From a virus (lineage: Duplodnaviria > Caudoviricetes): a DNA stretch of 64,000 bases. The notes under the pieces were generated by a model. The model worked only from the letters and a program-made list of their open reading frames with translations, was not told the DNA's origin and ran no database searches. The stretch lies in the IMG/VR virus record IMGVR_UViG_642918914_000001, positions 32,001 to 96,000 of that record; one strand, 5' to 3'. This document shows positions 26,761 through 36,121 of the stretch, one piece after another (the first letter of the stretch is position 1; each line of letters opens with the position of its first letter). Made by a program: the position numbers and the translations under genes.

Positions 26761-28203
26761 ATGGACAAAGTAGGCAACATCCAGTTGGATGGATTTACCA
26801 AGTATCACAAGCCTGAGGGTAAGATCGTGATCCTCGGGTTTGGCAGCGTTGGGCAGACTGTTCTGCCTATGGTGCTGCGTCACTTCGACATCGATCCAAG
26901 CCGCGTGTTGGTCATCGACAAGAAGTACCACTCGCTGTTCGACAAGTATCGTGGCCTGATCAAGTACCTGAAGATCGAGATCACCCGCGAGAACATGGAC
27001 CAAGTGCTGTCCAAGGTGTTGGAGCCCGGTGACTTCCTGGTCAACGTGTCGCTCAACATCGACGGTATCGAGATCGTCGAGTGGTGCCTGAATCACGGCA
27101 TCATGTACACCGACACCAGTATCGAGCGCTGGCCTGAAGAGCCTGACGAGACGATCAAGGAATATGCCGAGCGCACCCTGTATTCGACGCATCAGGAAAT
27201 CCGCAAGCGCTGTGGCAACAGCAAGGGCAAGGCGACGGCCGTCGTCACCAACGGCGCGAATCCGGGTCTCGTCACGTACTTCACCAAGCAGGCACTGTGC
27301 AACCTTCGACGTCGTGCAAATCTGGGTGGGATCAAACGTGATCCGCAGACGAAAGAGGAATGGGCCGAACTGGCCAAGGCGCTAGACGTCAAGGTCATTC
27401 AGATCGCAGAGCGCGACACGCAGATCCTCAAGCAGCCCAAGGAACCCAACGTGTTCACCAACACGTGGAGTTGTGAGGGCTTCTGGGCTGAAGGTCGCGC
27501 GCCCAGCGAGCTGGGATGGGGCACGCACGAAAATCCGAATGGGCCAGAAGGTGGCAGTCTGCACAAGGAAGGACCGGGTAACGCCGCATTCCTGCATCAG
27601 CCCGGCGTCTCGGTGCTCGTCAAGTCGTGGGTACCTGAAGGCGGCTGCTTCAACGGATTCCTGATCCAGCACAGCGAAGCCGTGACGCTGTCGGACTACC
27701 TGACGACTGCTGATAAGTCGTATCGGCCCACGGTGTACTACGCATATCAGCCGACCGATGCGGCGATGGCTTCTGTTCACGAGATGCGCGGTTCCGAACT
27801 CCGGTTTCACCGGAAGACGCGCATCATGAAGAACAGCATCCTCACGGGCCGTGACGAATTGGGCGTGCTGCTTCTTGGCCACAAGTTCACTGCCTACTGG
27901 TTCGGCAGTCAGCTGACGATCGACGAGGCGCGTACGCTGATTCCAGGCGAGTCTGCTACCAGTCTGCAGGTCGGTGCCAGTCTGCTTGGTGGCATGGTCT
28001 GGGCCTATCGCAATCCTGAGATGGGCTACTGCGAGCCTGAAGACCTGCCGCATACCGAGGTGCTGGCCGTTGCCCGTCAGTATCTGGGGCCGGTTGTGGG
28101 CGTGCGCAGCGATTGGACGCCGCTCCGACATCGCAACACGCTGTATAAGATGGACTACGACGAGAGTGACGTCTGGGCCTTCCCCAATTTCCGCATTCAG
28201 TGA
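26761..28203 (+). CDS. hss: homospermidine synthase
   Basis: GFGSVG, GANPGLV, IQIAERDTQ, FTNTWSCEGF..EG..PSELGWGTHE, GRDELGVLL, ATSLQV. Confidence 0.93.
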   Translation: MDKVGNIQLDGFTKYHKPEGKIVILGFGSVGQTVLPMVLRHFDIDPSRVLVIDKKYHSLFDKYRGLIKYLKIEITRENMDQVLSKVLEPGDFLVNVSLNIDGIEIVEWCLNHGIMYTDTSIERWPEEPDETIKEYAERTLYSTHQEIRKRCGNSKGKATAVVTNGANPGLVTYFTKQALCNLRRRANLGGIKRDPQTKEEWAELAKALDVKVIQIAERDTQILKQPKEPNVFTNTWSCEGFWAEGRAPSELGWGTHENPNGPEGGSLHKEGPGNAAFLHQPGVSVLVKSWVPEGGCFNGFLIQHSEAVTLSDYLTTADKSYRPTVYYAYQPTDAAMASVHEMRGSELRFHRKTRIMKNSILTGRDELGVLLLGHKFTAYWFGSQLTIDEARTLIPGESATSLQVGASLLGGMVWAYRNPEMGYCEPEDLPHTEVLAVARQYLGPVVGVRSDWTPLRHRNTLYKMDYDESDVWAFPNFRIQ

Positions 28204-28210
28204 GGATCGT

Positions 28211-28627
28211 ATGAAGTACAGTGTAAAGGGTGCGGTGGAACGACTGCGAGTGACTGCCGAATATCTTCCACAGGAAGCCGTCGGCAAGTCAGCGGCGGCG
28301 ATCGCCAAAATCATGGAACCCCATCTCAAGAAGGTGGGGATCGAGTTGGACAAGCCTGCCCCGTTCAAGGACGACAAGGCCGCCATCTACTCGGTCAAGA
28401 GCAGCAAGATCAAGCCCGGAGAAACTGCTTACATCTGGTTCCACGCGAAAGCGCGTGGTGGGCGTGGCATCAACAAGGAACGCAATCTGTCTGCTGGCTT
28501 TGGTGTCCGGAATGAAGCTGGCGAGAATGTGTCTCGGGCCTATGTGCACAATGGACTGCCTCTTCTGTTCATAGCTGCCATCAGCTACGAGGATCTCGGT
28601 GGTCTTTATGAAGACTATCTGAAGTGA
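28211..28627 (+). CDS. hypothetical protein with RL leader (putative internal head protein)
   Basis: GAGG RBS; MKYSVKGAVERLRVTAE. Confidence 0.75.
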   Translation: MKYSVKGAVERLRVTAEYLPQEAVGKSAAAIAKIMEPHLKKVGIELDKPAPFKDDKAAIYSVKSSKIKPGETAYIWFHAKARGGRGINKERNLSAGFGVRNEAGENVSRAYVHNGLPLLFIAAISYEDLGGLYEDYLK

Positions 28628-28635
28628 GGAGCATC

Positions 28636-29115
28636 ATGCCAACCAGCAAGATCAAGAAGGACAGCCGCGAAGGCAAGGGCAGCGTTAAGTCGCTGGAAAA
28701 GAAGTGGGACGAGGCCGGAGAGAAGACGCCATCCGACGTCGACAATCCGTACGCGTACCAAATGAGTATCTACAAGAACATGACACATCAGGCATCCACC
28801 ATGAACGTTACCGCCGCAGTACAACGATTGGCAGCCACCGAAGTGACCGCCGCTCCCAAGTTCCCGCATCTGGAAAAGCTCGTTGGCAAGCCCGGCGCCG
28901 TCCAGGAAGCGTACGACGATCTGTGCGATCTGGATCATGAGTCCAACGCCAAGAAGATGTTCGCAGCCGCCGAGAAGTGGGCTGCTTCGCCCAAAGCGCA
29001 TGTCTGGAATCAGCTGAAGAACGAAGATCCGGAAGAGTGGTCGGCCGCCGACATGCCGGAAGACGTGATGGACGTCATGGGCTACTTCCACCGCCACGCC
29101 AAGTTCATGCAGTAA
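28636..29115 (+). CDS. hypothetical protein with internal RL motif
   Basis: GAGGAG RBS; MNVTAAVQRLAATEVTAA at 28801. Confidence 0.75.
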   Translation: MPTSKIKKDSREGKGSVKSLEKKWDEAGEKTPSDVDNPYAYQMSIYKNMTHQASTMNVTAAVQRLAATEVTAAPKFPHLEKLVGKPGAVQEAYDDLCDLDHESNAKKMFAAAEKWAASPKAHVWNQLKNEDPEEWSAADMPEDVMDVMGYFHRHAKFMQ

Positions 29116-29144
29116 ATAAGGGGTAGACCAACTGGCCTACCACT

Positions 29145-29582
29145 ATGGATCTTGACAACTTCTACATGAGCATCGCCCATCACGCAGCCGACCAAAGCCA
29201 CGCGATTCGTCGCAAGGTCGGCTGCGTGGTTGCCAAAGGCGATCGCATTCTGTCCTATGCTTGGAACGGCATGCCCGCTGGCTTTCATAATGACTGCGAG
29301 CACAGCGTTCTGACCAAGGACCCAGAGACTGGCATTCTCCAATTTCAGCTGCTGACCAAACCCGGAGTCACACACGCGGAAGTCAACGCTATCGGCAAGC
29401 TGGCTGCTGCGGGAATCAGTTGCGCTGGTGCAACGCTGTATCTCACGCTCAGTCCGTGTGTGCCGTGCGCCAATCTCATCCAACGCTCGGGGATCGAGCG
29501 AGTAGTCTACGAAACGCAGTATCGAGATGTTGAGGGGATCAACCTGCTGACAGGTTGTGGGATCGCTGTACAAAAATTCTAA
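29145..29582 (+). CDS. dCMP deaminase
   Basis: RKVGCV, NGMPAG, HAEVNAI, SPCVPCA; GTAAATAAG motif at 29112 upstream. Confidence 0.93.
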   Translation: MDLDNFYMSIAHHAADQSHAIRRKVGCVVAKGDRILSYAWNGMPAGFHNDCEHSVLTKDPETGILQFQLLTKPGVTHAEVNAIGKLAAAGISCAGATLYLTLSPCVPCANLIQRSGIERVVYETQYRDVEGINLLTGCGIAVQKF

Positions 29583-29599
29583 CTAGCAACACTGACACT

Positions 29600-29932
29600 A
29601 TGGGCATGCACCATACGACTGCATTGAAGATGCAGAACTGGCAAGAACGCACGAGCGTAGCAGGCGCTAAAGAATGGGCCTGGATCCAGATCAAGGAGGC
29701 GATGGCCGCGCACAAGTTCCCTGAAGCTTGTCGCACTTTGTGGGCCGACAGCTCGGTCACCGTATTCATCAATGCGCGTCGCAGCGTGAAGATCACCGTG
29801 CGCGGTGAAGTGTTCATCGAGCAGCGACTCAACAGCTTCGAGTTCAAAAGCGAGAAGCAGAAACCTCCACACTTCGAAGAGGCGCTCGCCCTCTTCACAT
29901 CCTTGCTGCCTATTGCCAAGACAGCAAGCTGA
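29600..29932 (+). CDS. hypothetical protein
   Basis: ORF filling the gap; start uncertain. Confidence 0.6.
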   Translation: MGMHHTTALKMQNWQERTSVAGAKEWAWIQIKEAMAAHKFPEACRTLWADSSVTVFINARRSVKITVRGEVFIEQRLNSFEFKSEKQKPPHFEEALALFTSLLPIAKTAS

Positions 29933-29945
29933 TCACCTCCCTTCC

Positions 29946-29956
29946 AAATTTGATGG
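29946..29956 (+). promoter_or_regulatory. putative late promoter AAATTTGATGG
   Basis: Recurrent motif. Confidence 0.6.
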
Positions 29957-29985
29957 TGTCTACCTTAACGGCGGAGGACACCATC

Positions 29986-31230
29986 GTGCCCGCTATCAGC
30001 AAAAGCAACAACCGGATCCTACCGGCCAACGCGCGAGCGGCTGACGTCGCTGAACGCGCCATCCAAGAAATTATCCCTGTGCAACAGCGTCGCTACTACG
30101 ACGCATTCCGTCCGCAAGGGATCAAGGCGATCGCATATAATCGTCTGCAACAAGGACGTCCGTGCTCGTGTCAAGCTCAACGCAAGACCGTGAACGGACT
30201 TCTGAACGAAGAAGGCAAAGCCAGTCCGGGTCTGATCAATCAGATGCTGACTGGCAATATGAGCTTCAACGTCACGCCGTATGGTCACGATCAGGGCCGT
30301 GCGTATCCAGATGCGGCAGGGGCCGACGGACAGACGAGTCCACTGGCACCAGTCAACAAGAATCAGGGCGTGTTCGACATTGTGACTGCAGGCGGTGAGG
30401 AGTTCCCGTTTGCGCACAGCGTACCTGACGAAGAAGCATTCGGCGACAACGGACCAAGCTCGCCAGTGGACATCGACTCGCTGGTTGCTGACTTCGACGT
30501 GTCGGCCCTTGGATACTCCGACGTCGCCTGCCCAATCTGCTTCGGGAACGGATTCATCGGTGGCTACGCGCCGTTCAACAGCAATCGTATCGTGCTGACG
30601 GTCACCGACTTGGTGCTGATCAACGGGACTATCGACACGACCGAGAAGCCGTTGGTGGCGCGTGACGTTCAAGGCTTCAATCAGAAGGTGGTTCTGCCGC
30701 GAGGGGCGCTGGCCGTCGAATCGTTCACAGTGTGGAACGGATTGCGACCGGTTCCCGCCACCTTCCTCATTGACGGCGTGGCCGTGACCGGGGACGCTGC
30801 GGTGCTCGCTCGCTGCGACGGCAAGCCGCATCTGCTGACCGCGCAGTTCACCGGGGACTTCACGCACCTGGAACTGCAATTCACGATGTCTGATCAAAGC
30901 CTGTACTTTGAGCTGCCGCGTCGTCCGTCGACCAGTGACACCTCGCTGCTGGAACAGATGGAACCGTTCCAGATCATCCTCAGCCCGAACATCCCTCAGG
31001 TCGAGTCGATGGACGTGCTGGTGGAAGCGCAGTATGGCAAGACGCTGGTCGTGCAGAACGTCCATCCGTGGAACAGCCGTCAGCGCAACATTCTCGGATG
31101 GGAATGCCAAGTACGTGTGATCCAACCGCAGGAGATCTACCGCATCCTGCCACAGATGCCGCGTACGCTCAACAAGAATGCCGCCACCATGATGGCGCGC
31201 GACAACCGAACCGGTGTGTATCGCACCTAA
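29986..31230 (+). CDS. putative virion neck/head-completion protein
   Basis: GTG after GGAGG; PCSC and CPICFGNGFIGGY motifs; follows late motif. Confidence 0.55.
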   Translation: MPAISKSNNRILPANARAADVAERAIQEIIPVQQRRYYDAFRPQGIKAIAYNRLQQGRPCSCQAQRKTVNGLLNEEGKASPGLINQMLTGNMSFNVTPYGHDQGRAYPDAAGADGQTSPLAPVNKNQGVFDIVTAGGEEFPFAHSVPDEEAFGDNGPSSPVDIDSLVADFDVSALGYSDVACPICFGNGFIGGYAPFNSNRIVLTVTDLVLINGTIDTTEKPLVARDVQGFNQKVVLPRGALAVESFTVWNGLRPVPATFLIDGVAVTGDAAVLARCDGKPHLLTAQFTGDFTHLELQFTMSDQSLYFELPRRPSTSDTSLLEQMEPFQIILSPNIPQVESMDVLVEAQYGKTLVVQNVHPWNSRQRNILGWECQVRVIQPQEIYRILPQMPRTLNKNAATMMARDNRTGVYRT

Positions 31231-31252
31231 TACAACAAACACTCAGACTGAC

Positions 31253-31861
31253 ATGGAATCGATTCAAGCCCTTGAAGTGCCGAAGCTGCGGTACCTGGAC
31301 GACGCTGTTCGCTTTCTAGCGGACATCAAGCTGCACACCACGGCCAGCGGTTGGAAGCGCGTTGAATTCTTCTACGAGAAGTACCGGCTGTTGGAAGCAG
31401 TGGAAGTGCAGGTCAGTCTGCAGTTCCCGGACCGGGGCGGACAGGTTATGGGCGGGTTGCTCACCACTCTGGCACGCCTCAAGCTGCAAGCCGCCGAGCA
31501 GCTCCAGATGCATTTGACTGCTCTCAACGAGGAAGCAGAAGCCAACATCAGTCCGCTGGCGTCGCGCTTCTGCCTGCAGTTGCGTTCCGAACTGCTGAAG
31601 ATGCGTGGCATCGGCCGCTTCATCGCCTCCTATTTGTACCGCGACGGCGCAACGTTCACTCACTACATCCAGTTGGCGGATGTGGGGCGCGCCAATCACG
31701 TGTATATCAGCTGTCACTTGGGGGAGAAGCGCTTCATCAAGCTGGCACACGAATTCGAGCTTCCGCCGTATGTGGCTAAGGACCCCGGACAGGCTGTGGT
31801 CACCGTGGACGATGCGGTGGCCGCCATCCGGCGACTCATCAAAGAGGAATTTGGGAAATGA
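31253..31861 (+). CDS. hypothetical protein
   Basis: ORF with typical codon bias. Confidence 0.65.
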   Translation: MESIQALEVPKLRYLDDAVRFLADIKLHTTASGWKRVEFFYEKYRLLEAVEVQVSLQFPDRGGQVMGGLLTTLARLKLQAAEQLQMHLTALNEEAEANISPLASRFCLQLRSELLKMRGIGRFIASYLYRDGATFTHYIQLADVGRANHVYISCHLGEKRFIKLAHEFELPPYVAKDPGQAVVTVDDAVAAIRRLIKEEFGK

Positions 31862-32568
31862 AGAAAGCCACTGATCTGTTCCAAACACGTGATCGTGTTG
31901 TGGGACGTCGCGGTGCAAATGGCACTGAGCAACCTCAAGACCAGCCGTACGACAGCATGCAAGTGGATGATGAACTGCCGATCGGCATGTCGCGGGGCAA
32001 TCAATCGGATCACAGCGTGAACGATGTGGTGCAGCCCACGATTCCTGTGACTGGCGCCATCCGTCGTCTGCAGACGACTGCTGCCTCCAAGTATCCGCCG
32101 CTGCGTCAGCCACTGCCCAAGGAACCGCCCACGTACAACATCGTCGGGTACCATGCAACACCCATCGACAATTGGGCCTCGATCAAGGCGAAGGGACTGG
32201 CTATCGGCAAGTCGTCGCCCGCAGCGCAAGACTGGGTCGGTAAGTGGAGCGGCAAGGCCGTCTACTTCCATCTGCAGTTCCCTTCGCACGAGCTGGCGAA
32301 CGGCTACGACCCAGATACTGGCGAACCGTACACCATCACCATCGAGACCAAGCTGCATCACGGTGCGGAGTATTTCGTACCGGACGAAGATGCAGCGACC
32401 AACGTCGATGAGACGCCTGACGTCATCCGTCACAAAGGCTCGATCGCCGTCGGTTATCCAACGCCGCCCGGCGACTTCATCCGCGTACATCTGGTCGACA
32501 CGCTGGCCGCTCGCGCATGGGCCAAGGCCAATGTCAAGCGCTGGCCCGTTACCTTCCACAAGGTCTGA
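31858..32568 (+). CDS. ADP-ribosyltransferase-fold (KptA/Tpt1-like) domain protein behind an RL motif
   Basis: GYHATP...SIKAKGL...AVYF; preceded by VTGAIRRLQTTAAS. Confidence 0.55.
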   Translation: MKKATDLFQTRDRVVGRRGANGTEQPQDQPYDSMQVDDELPIGMSRGNQSDHSVNDVVQPTIPVTGAIRRLQTTAASKYPPLRQPLPKEPPTYNIVGYHATPIDNWASIKAKGLAIGKSSPAAQDWVGKWSGKAVYFHLQFPSHELANGYDPDTGEPYTITIETKLHHGAEYFVPDEDAATNVDETPDVIRHKGSIAVGYPTPPGDFIRVHLVDTLAARAWAKANVKRWPVTFHKV

Positions 32569-32570
32569 TC

Positions 32571-34130
32571 ATGGCAACTCCTACTCCGCTCCTGTACAAC
32601 AAAGATCCGAACCAAGACACGATCATCGCGGCAGATGTCAGCCCGTGGCTATTGACGGGCGAAACGCTGACCAGTATCGCGCTGCTGCCGGTGTCTCCCA
32701 GCACCACGCCTGCGCTCACCGCTACACTGATCAGTGCGCCGAACATCACGCCCGCCAACATCACGCTGTCAGGGGGCGTAAACGGAGTTAGCTACGGATT
32801 CCAACTGCAGGTGACGACCAACGCGCGTGTGCTGCTGGTCCAAGTCGCCGCTTCCTGCTATTCCAATCAGCAGTTCGATCCGTACACAGCGCAGAATCCG
32901 TATGCGTACCAGGACCTTGTTGACCAGCTGGAAGTCGGTCAGTCTGCGGTGGGCACCGCGGTCTTCGCGTTCCCACCGCAGATCGATCCGAAGGGTGGCA
33001 ACGTCCGATACGAACTGCTGGCCGACGACGGCACCGTGTTCTCCACAGGCAACGCCTTCTCCTACGTGATCTCCAGCAACGGGCTGGCCAACATCGTGAA
33101 AGCGCAGTGCGTTGTGGTGGCGCCTACCACGTTGCCTCCGACGCTTCTGGGTCAGTCGTATCAACTGCGATACACGCTGGAGCTTCCGCAGTCGTCCGGC
33201 ATTCCTGCCGATCCACTGACCGGCAATCTTGGCCAGAACACGTTCTTCCAGTTCGAGAACATCACGATCGTGGACAACGTGAGCGTGCCGCTTGGTGCGC
33301 AGCCCACGGTCGAGCTCAAGGGCATGCCCGCGCATCTGTCGCTGGTCACGGACAAGATGTACGACAATGTGACGTTGGAGCTGCAAGCCAACAACCAGAC
33401 GCTGGCTGGTCCCAGTCCCATCACCGAATATCAGCGAACTGCTGACGGATGGGCATGGTCCGGTGTGCTGGACACGACGAACCTCACAGTGTCGCTGGTG
33501 CCTTACACCATCGTCTGGCGTTACTGGTCGTCCGCTGCGCCAAGCCTCGTGTATCAGGAAGCGACCGAGCTGTTCGTGGTGAATGCCAGCATGCTCACCG
33601 CCATGAACGATGTGCGCGCTCGCATCAACAAGGCGCATACCACGCTGTACGGAGCACCCGACATGCTATTCCCCAATCCCACCGTGATGACGTGGTTGCG
33701 TCGAGGCGCTGACATGTTCAACGGTGCGTACGGTCAGTTCACCGCCTTCACGATGACCAACGCGCTGGGCGTGATCCGCGAATACTGGCTGATCTGCGCT
33801 GAGAAAGCCGCGCTCGAAGCTCAACTGCTGGCCGAGGGTGAGAAGGCATTCAACTTCCAAGGCGCTGCCATCTCGTTGGACGTGGACCGGGTCACCGCCT
33901 ACGACAATCTGATCGGCAAGCTCCAGCAGCAGTTGGACACCGAACTCAAACCCATCAAGCAGAACCTCATCATCAAGGGCGTTACCAAGGGCGACGGATC
34001 GACCGATCCCACCAAGCTGCAAATCGGTGCGATCGGTGCAGTGGGCATCTCCATCACCAACGCCAACGTCTGGGGTCGCGCGGGTACGCCTTACGGTGCG
34101 TTCGGCCTCAACCCTGGAGGACTCACATGA
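32571..34130 (+). CDS. putative virion structural protein (neck/adaptor-like C-terminus)
   Basis: Beta-rich N-terminus and helical C-terminus; late region. Confidence 0.6.
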   Translation: MATPTPLLYNKDPNQDTIIAADVSPWLLTGETLTSIALLPVSPSTTPALTATLISAPNITPANITLSGGVNGVSYGFQLQVTTNARVLLVQVAASCYSNQQFDPYTAQNPYAYQDLVDQLEVGQSAVGTAVFAFPPQIDPKGGNVRYELLADDGTVFSTGNAFSYVISSNGLANIVKAQCVVVAPTTLPPTLLGQSYQLRYTLELPQSSGIPADPLTGNLGQNTFFQFENITIVDNVSVPLGAQPTVELKGMPAHLSLVTDKMYDNVTLELQANNQTLAGPSPITEYQRTADGWAWSGVLDTTNLTVSLVPYTIVWRYWSSAAPSLVYQEATELFVVNASMLTAMNDVRARINKAHTTLYGAPDMLFPNPTVMTWLRRGADMFNGAYGQFTAFTMTNALGVIREYWLICAEKAALEAQLLAEGEKAFNFQGAAISLDVDRVTAYDNLIGKLQQQLDTELKPIKQNLIIKGVTKGDGSTDPTKLQIGAIGAVGISITNANVWGRAGTPYGAFGLNPGGLT

Positions 34131-34519
34131 ATGACTTCGGCTCCTGGCTGTGGGAGCTTCTTCGCAGCCTGAAGTGGTCCGATCTTCCGCTGTTGGTGGC
34201 CTGCATCACTGGTCTGTGGCTGTTGTATCGTCTGCAAATGGCGCGCGACTCCTACGACCTGCGATGGTTGATTCTCGACAGCAAGACGCGGCAACCTTCC
34301 ATTCACAAGCTCGGTCAGCTGACGGCACTGGTCGTCAGCACCTGGGCATTCGTCTATCAGACCAATCACAATCAGCTGACCGACTGGTTGTTCATCGGCT
34401 ACTGTGGTGTGTGGGCCAGCTCTACGCTCATCAACTCGCGCATCAGCAAAGATCGCTTGCCAAACGTGAACGACGGCACTGCCCCAAGCGACGGTGATCC
34501 ACAGGCAAAGGATCATTGA
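34127..34519 (+). CDS. membrane protein, possible holin
   Basis: About 3 hydrophobic segments and a charged C-terminal tail; GGAGG RBS. Confidence 0.55.
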   Translation: MNDFGSWLWELLRSLKWSDLPLLVACITGLWLLYRLQMARDSYDLRWLILDSKTRQPSIHKLGQLTALVVSTWAFVYQTNHNQLTDWLFIGYCGVWASSTLINSRISKDRLPNVNDGTAPSDGDPQAKDH

Positions 34520-34625
34520 CAATTTGATGCTGTATGCGGCGCGTCTCTCCTCGCCGCGCTCGGAGGTTCCCTGCCTCCTTAGCCTCACTGATAATACGAA
34601 CACACCATAGCACAACAGGGATTAT
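34520..34625 (+). promoter_or_regulatory. late motif plus structured leader RNA candidate
   Basis: CAATTTGATG; stems GCGGCG/CGCCGC and GGAGG/CCTCC closed by TGCTGTATG/CATAGCA; loop TCCCTG complementary to RBS CAGGGA. Confidence 0.45.
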
Positions 34626-34985
34626 ATGTTGAAGAATGCAGTACACCGTCTGCGGGCTACCGCCGTTCAAGAGCTGGAAGAAGAGCAAGAAGTCGTTGCT
34701 CAATTCGACCGCACCAAGGACAAGGAACTGCGAGATCTGCAAAACGCTATGCGTGGGGGTGGAGTCGTCTTCAAGTTGGATAAGTACCACCTCTACCATA
34801 AAACGAATCAACGGGAAGTCGCCGAGGAGTTGATGACTGTGTTGAAGATCTTGGATCAACTGGGCCACAAGGCTCGTGTTGTTCCCGGGGTCCTTGCACG
34901 TCCCACCTTCAGCGTGAAGTGTGAAACAGGTCTTGTTCTCCAGCGTCTCAACAACGACGTCCGCCTTTTCTTCTTTATTCCTTAA
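34626..34985 (+). CDS. hypothetical protein with RL leader
   Basis: MLKNAVHRLRATAV. Confidence 0.7.
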   Translation: MLKNAVHRLRATAVQELEEEQEVVAQFDRTKDKELRDLQNAMRGGGVVFKLDKYHLYHKTNQREVAEELMTVLKILDQLGHKARVVPGVLARPTFSVKCETGLVLQRLNNDVRLFFFIP

Positions 34986-34994
34986 GGAATCATC

Positions 34995-35489
34995 ATGAGT
35001 CAACAGATCAACCATACGCAAGCCAAAGCTGCGCTGACGGCTGCCGGTTTTCCGGTGTCGGCTGGCAGCAACTGGAACAACGTGGACCAAGGTTCGTGGG
35101 ACCAGTTCGCAGCCAGCGCTGCCTACGGAAAAGTCGCCTACGACCTGTACTCGACCAACTACGGTTTCTCGTTCCCCGTGATGCCGGACGCGGTGGCCAA
35201 TGCTGCTGCGAGCGGTGCCTACAGCGCCACTCTGGGTGTGACGCCGCTGACCGCTACGCATGCGGTTGCCATCACCAACTTCGCTTGGAATCTGGTGGAA
35301 ACCAACGGTCCGGGTACGTCGTACGTGTGGGACTTCGGCGACGGCACCGGCACGACGACTACCAGCACGGCAACGGGTCCTGCGAACCACACGTATGCAA
35401 CGGCTGGCTCGTACACGCCGAAGGTCACGGTCACGGTGGGTGGCGTTCCGCACCTCATCTCGGCCGCAGCTCCGGTCGTGGTGTCGTAA
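34995..35489 (+). CDS. PKD (Ig-like) domain virion protein
   Basis: SYVWDFGDG...HTYATAGSYT.KVTVT. Confidence 0.85.
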   Translation: MSQQINHTQAKAALTAAGFPVSAGSNWNNVDQGSWDQFAASAAYGKVAYDLYSTNYGFSFPVMPDAVANAAASGAYSATLGVTPLTATHAVAITNFAWNLVETNGPGTSYVWDFGDGTGTTTTSTATGPANHTYATAGSYTPKVTVTVGGVPHLISAAAPVVVS

Positions 35490-35806
35490 TGTACGCCCGT
35501 CGCGTTCGTTCTCGAGCGCGAAACGGGTACGGCATATCCTCCATCCGGCGCGATTCGTATTCTACGGTGAACGGTATGAATACGAAAGCCGGATGGTGGG
35601 AACTCCATCGGCAAGTTGAGAAACGATCCGGTGGGCTATGCGAAGCCCGGATCGCCGGAGTGCGATGCGGTAAGCGCGGCAAGGACGTTCACCACATCGT
35701 AAAGCTGAGTGATGGCGGTACCAACTCGATGGCTAATCTTATCCATCTGTGTGAAGACTGCCATGACCGTAGACACAACCACATGTTCCGGAGACGGAAG
35801 AAATGA
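35489..35806 (+). CDS. HNH endonuclease
   Basis: CE...C...DVHHIV...GGTN...NLIHLCEDCH...H. Confidence 0.85.
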   Translation: MYARRVRSRARNGYGISSIRRDSYSTVNGMNTKAGWWELHRQVEKRSGGLCEARIAGVRCGKRGKDVHHIVKLSDGGTNSMANLIHLCEDCHDRRHNHMFRRRKK

Positions 35807-36114
35807 CGTACAACATCAGCGCAGCAACAAAGCGTCTCCAAGGTAGCTTGGAAGTCAATGCCAACAAACTGAAGACAGCCAAAGATGTGCATCGTGCACT
35901 GTCCTTCTACCCAGGTGTCGTGAAAGACAAGGGGATCATGGCCGAGCTTGCCGAAAAGGGGGATGCGCCAGCACCGAAGGATGCTTTCGTTGAGGTACGC
36001 GGGTCGCACATCGTTCCGAAGCATCTCGAGCACATGCACGATCTCGGGATCGAAATCGTATCGATCGAAGTTCTTGGTAGCGCTCATTACGAGCTGCAGG
36101 TGAAATTCCACTGA
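35803..36114 (+). CDS. hypothetical protein with RL leader
   Basis: MTYNISAATKRLQGSLEVNA. Confidence 0.75.
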   Translation: MTYNISAATKRLQGSLEVNANKLKTAKDVHRALSFYPGVVKDKGIMAELAEKGDAPAPKDAFVEVRGSHIVPKHLEHMHDLGIEIVSIEVLGSAHYELQVKFH

Positions 36115-36121
36115 AGACATC

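Noticed and set aside
34586-34603. CTGATAA...CGAA resembling a hammerhead ribozyme core
   Set aside because: Core should be CTGANGA and GAAA with stem II between them; both deviate and stem II is missing.
35489-35806. HNH gene as a mobile homing endonuclease
   Set aside because: Short Zn-binding HNH with no extra DNA-binding domain, coupled within the late operon; more like packaging-associated HNH proteins, so no mobile element was called.
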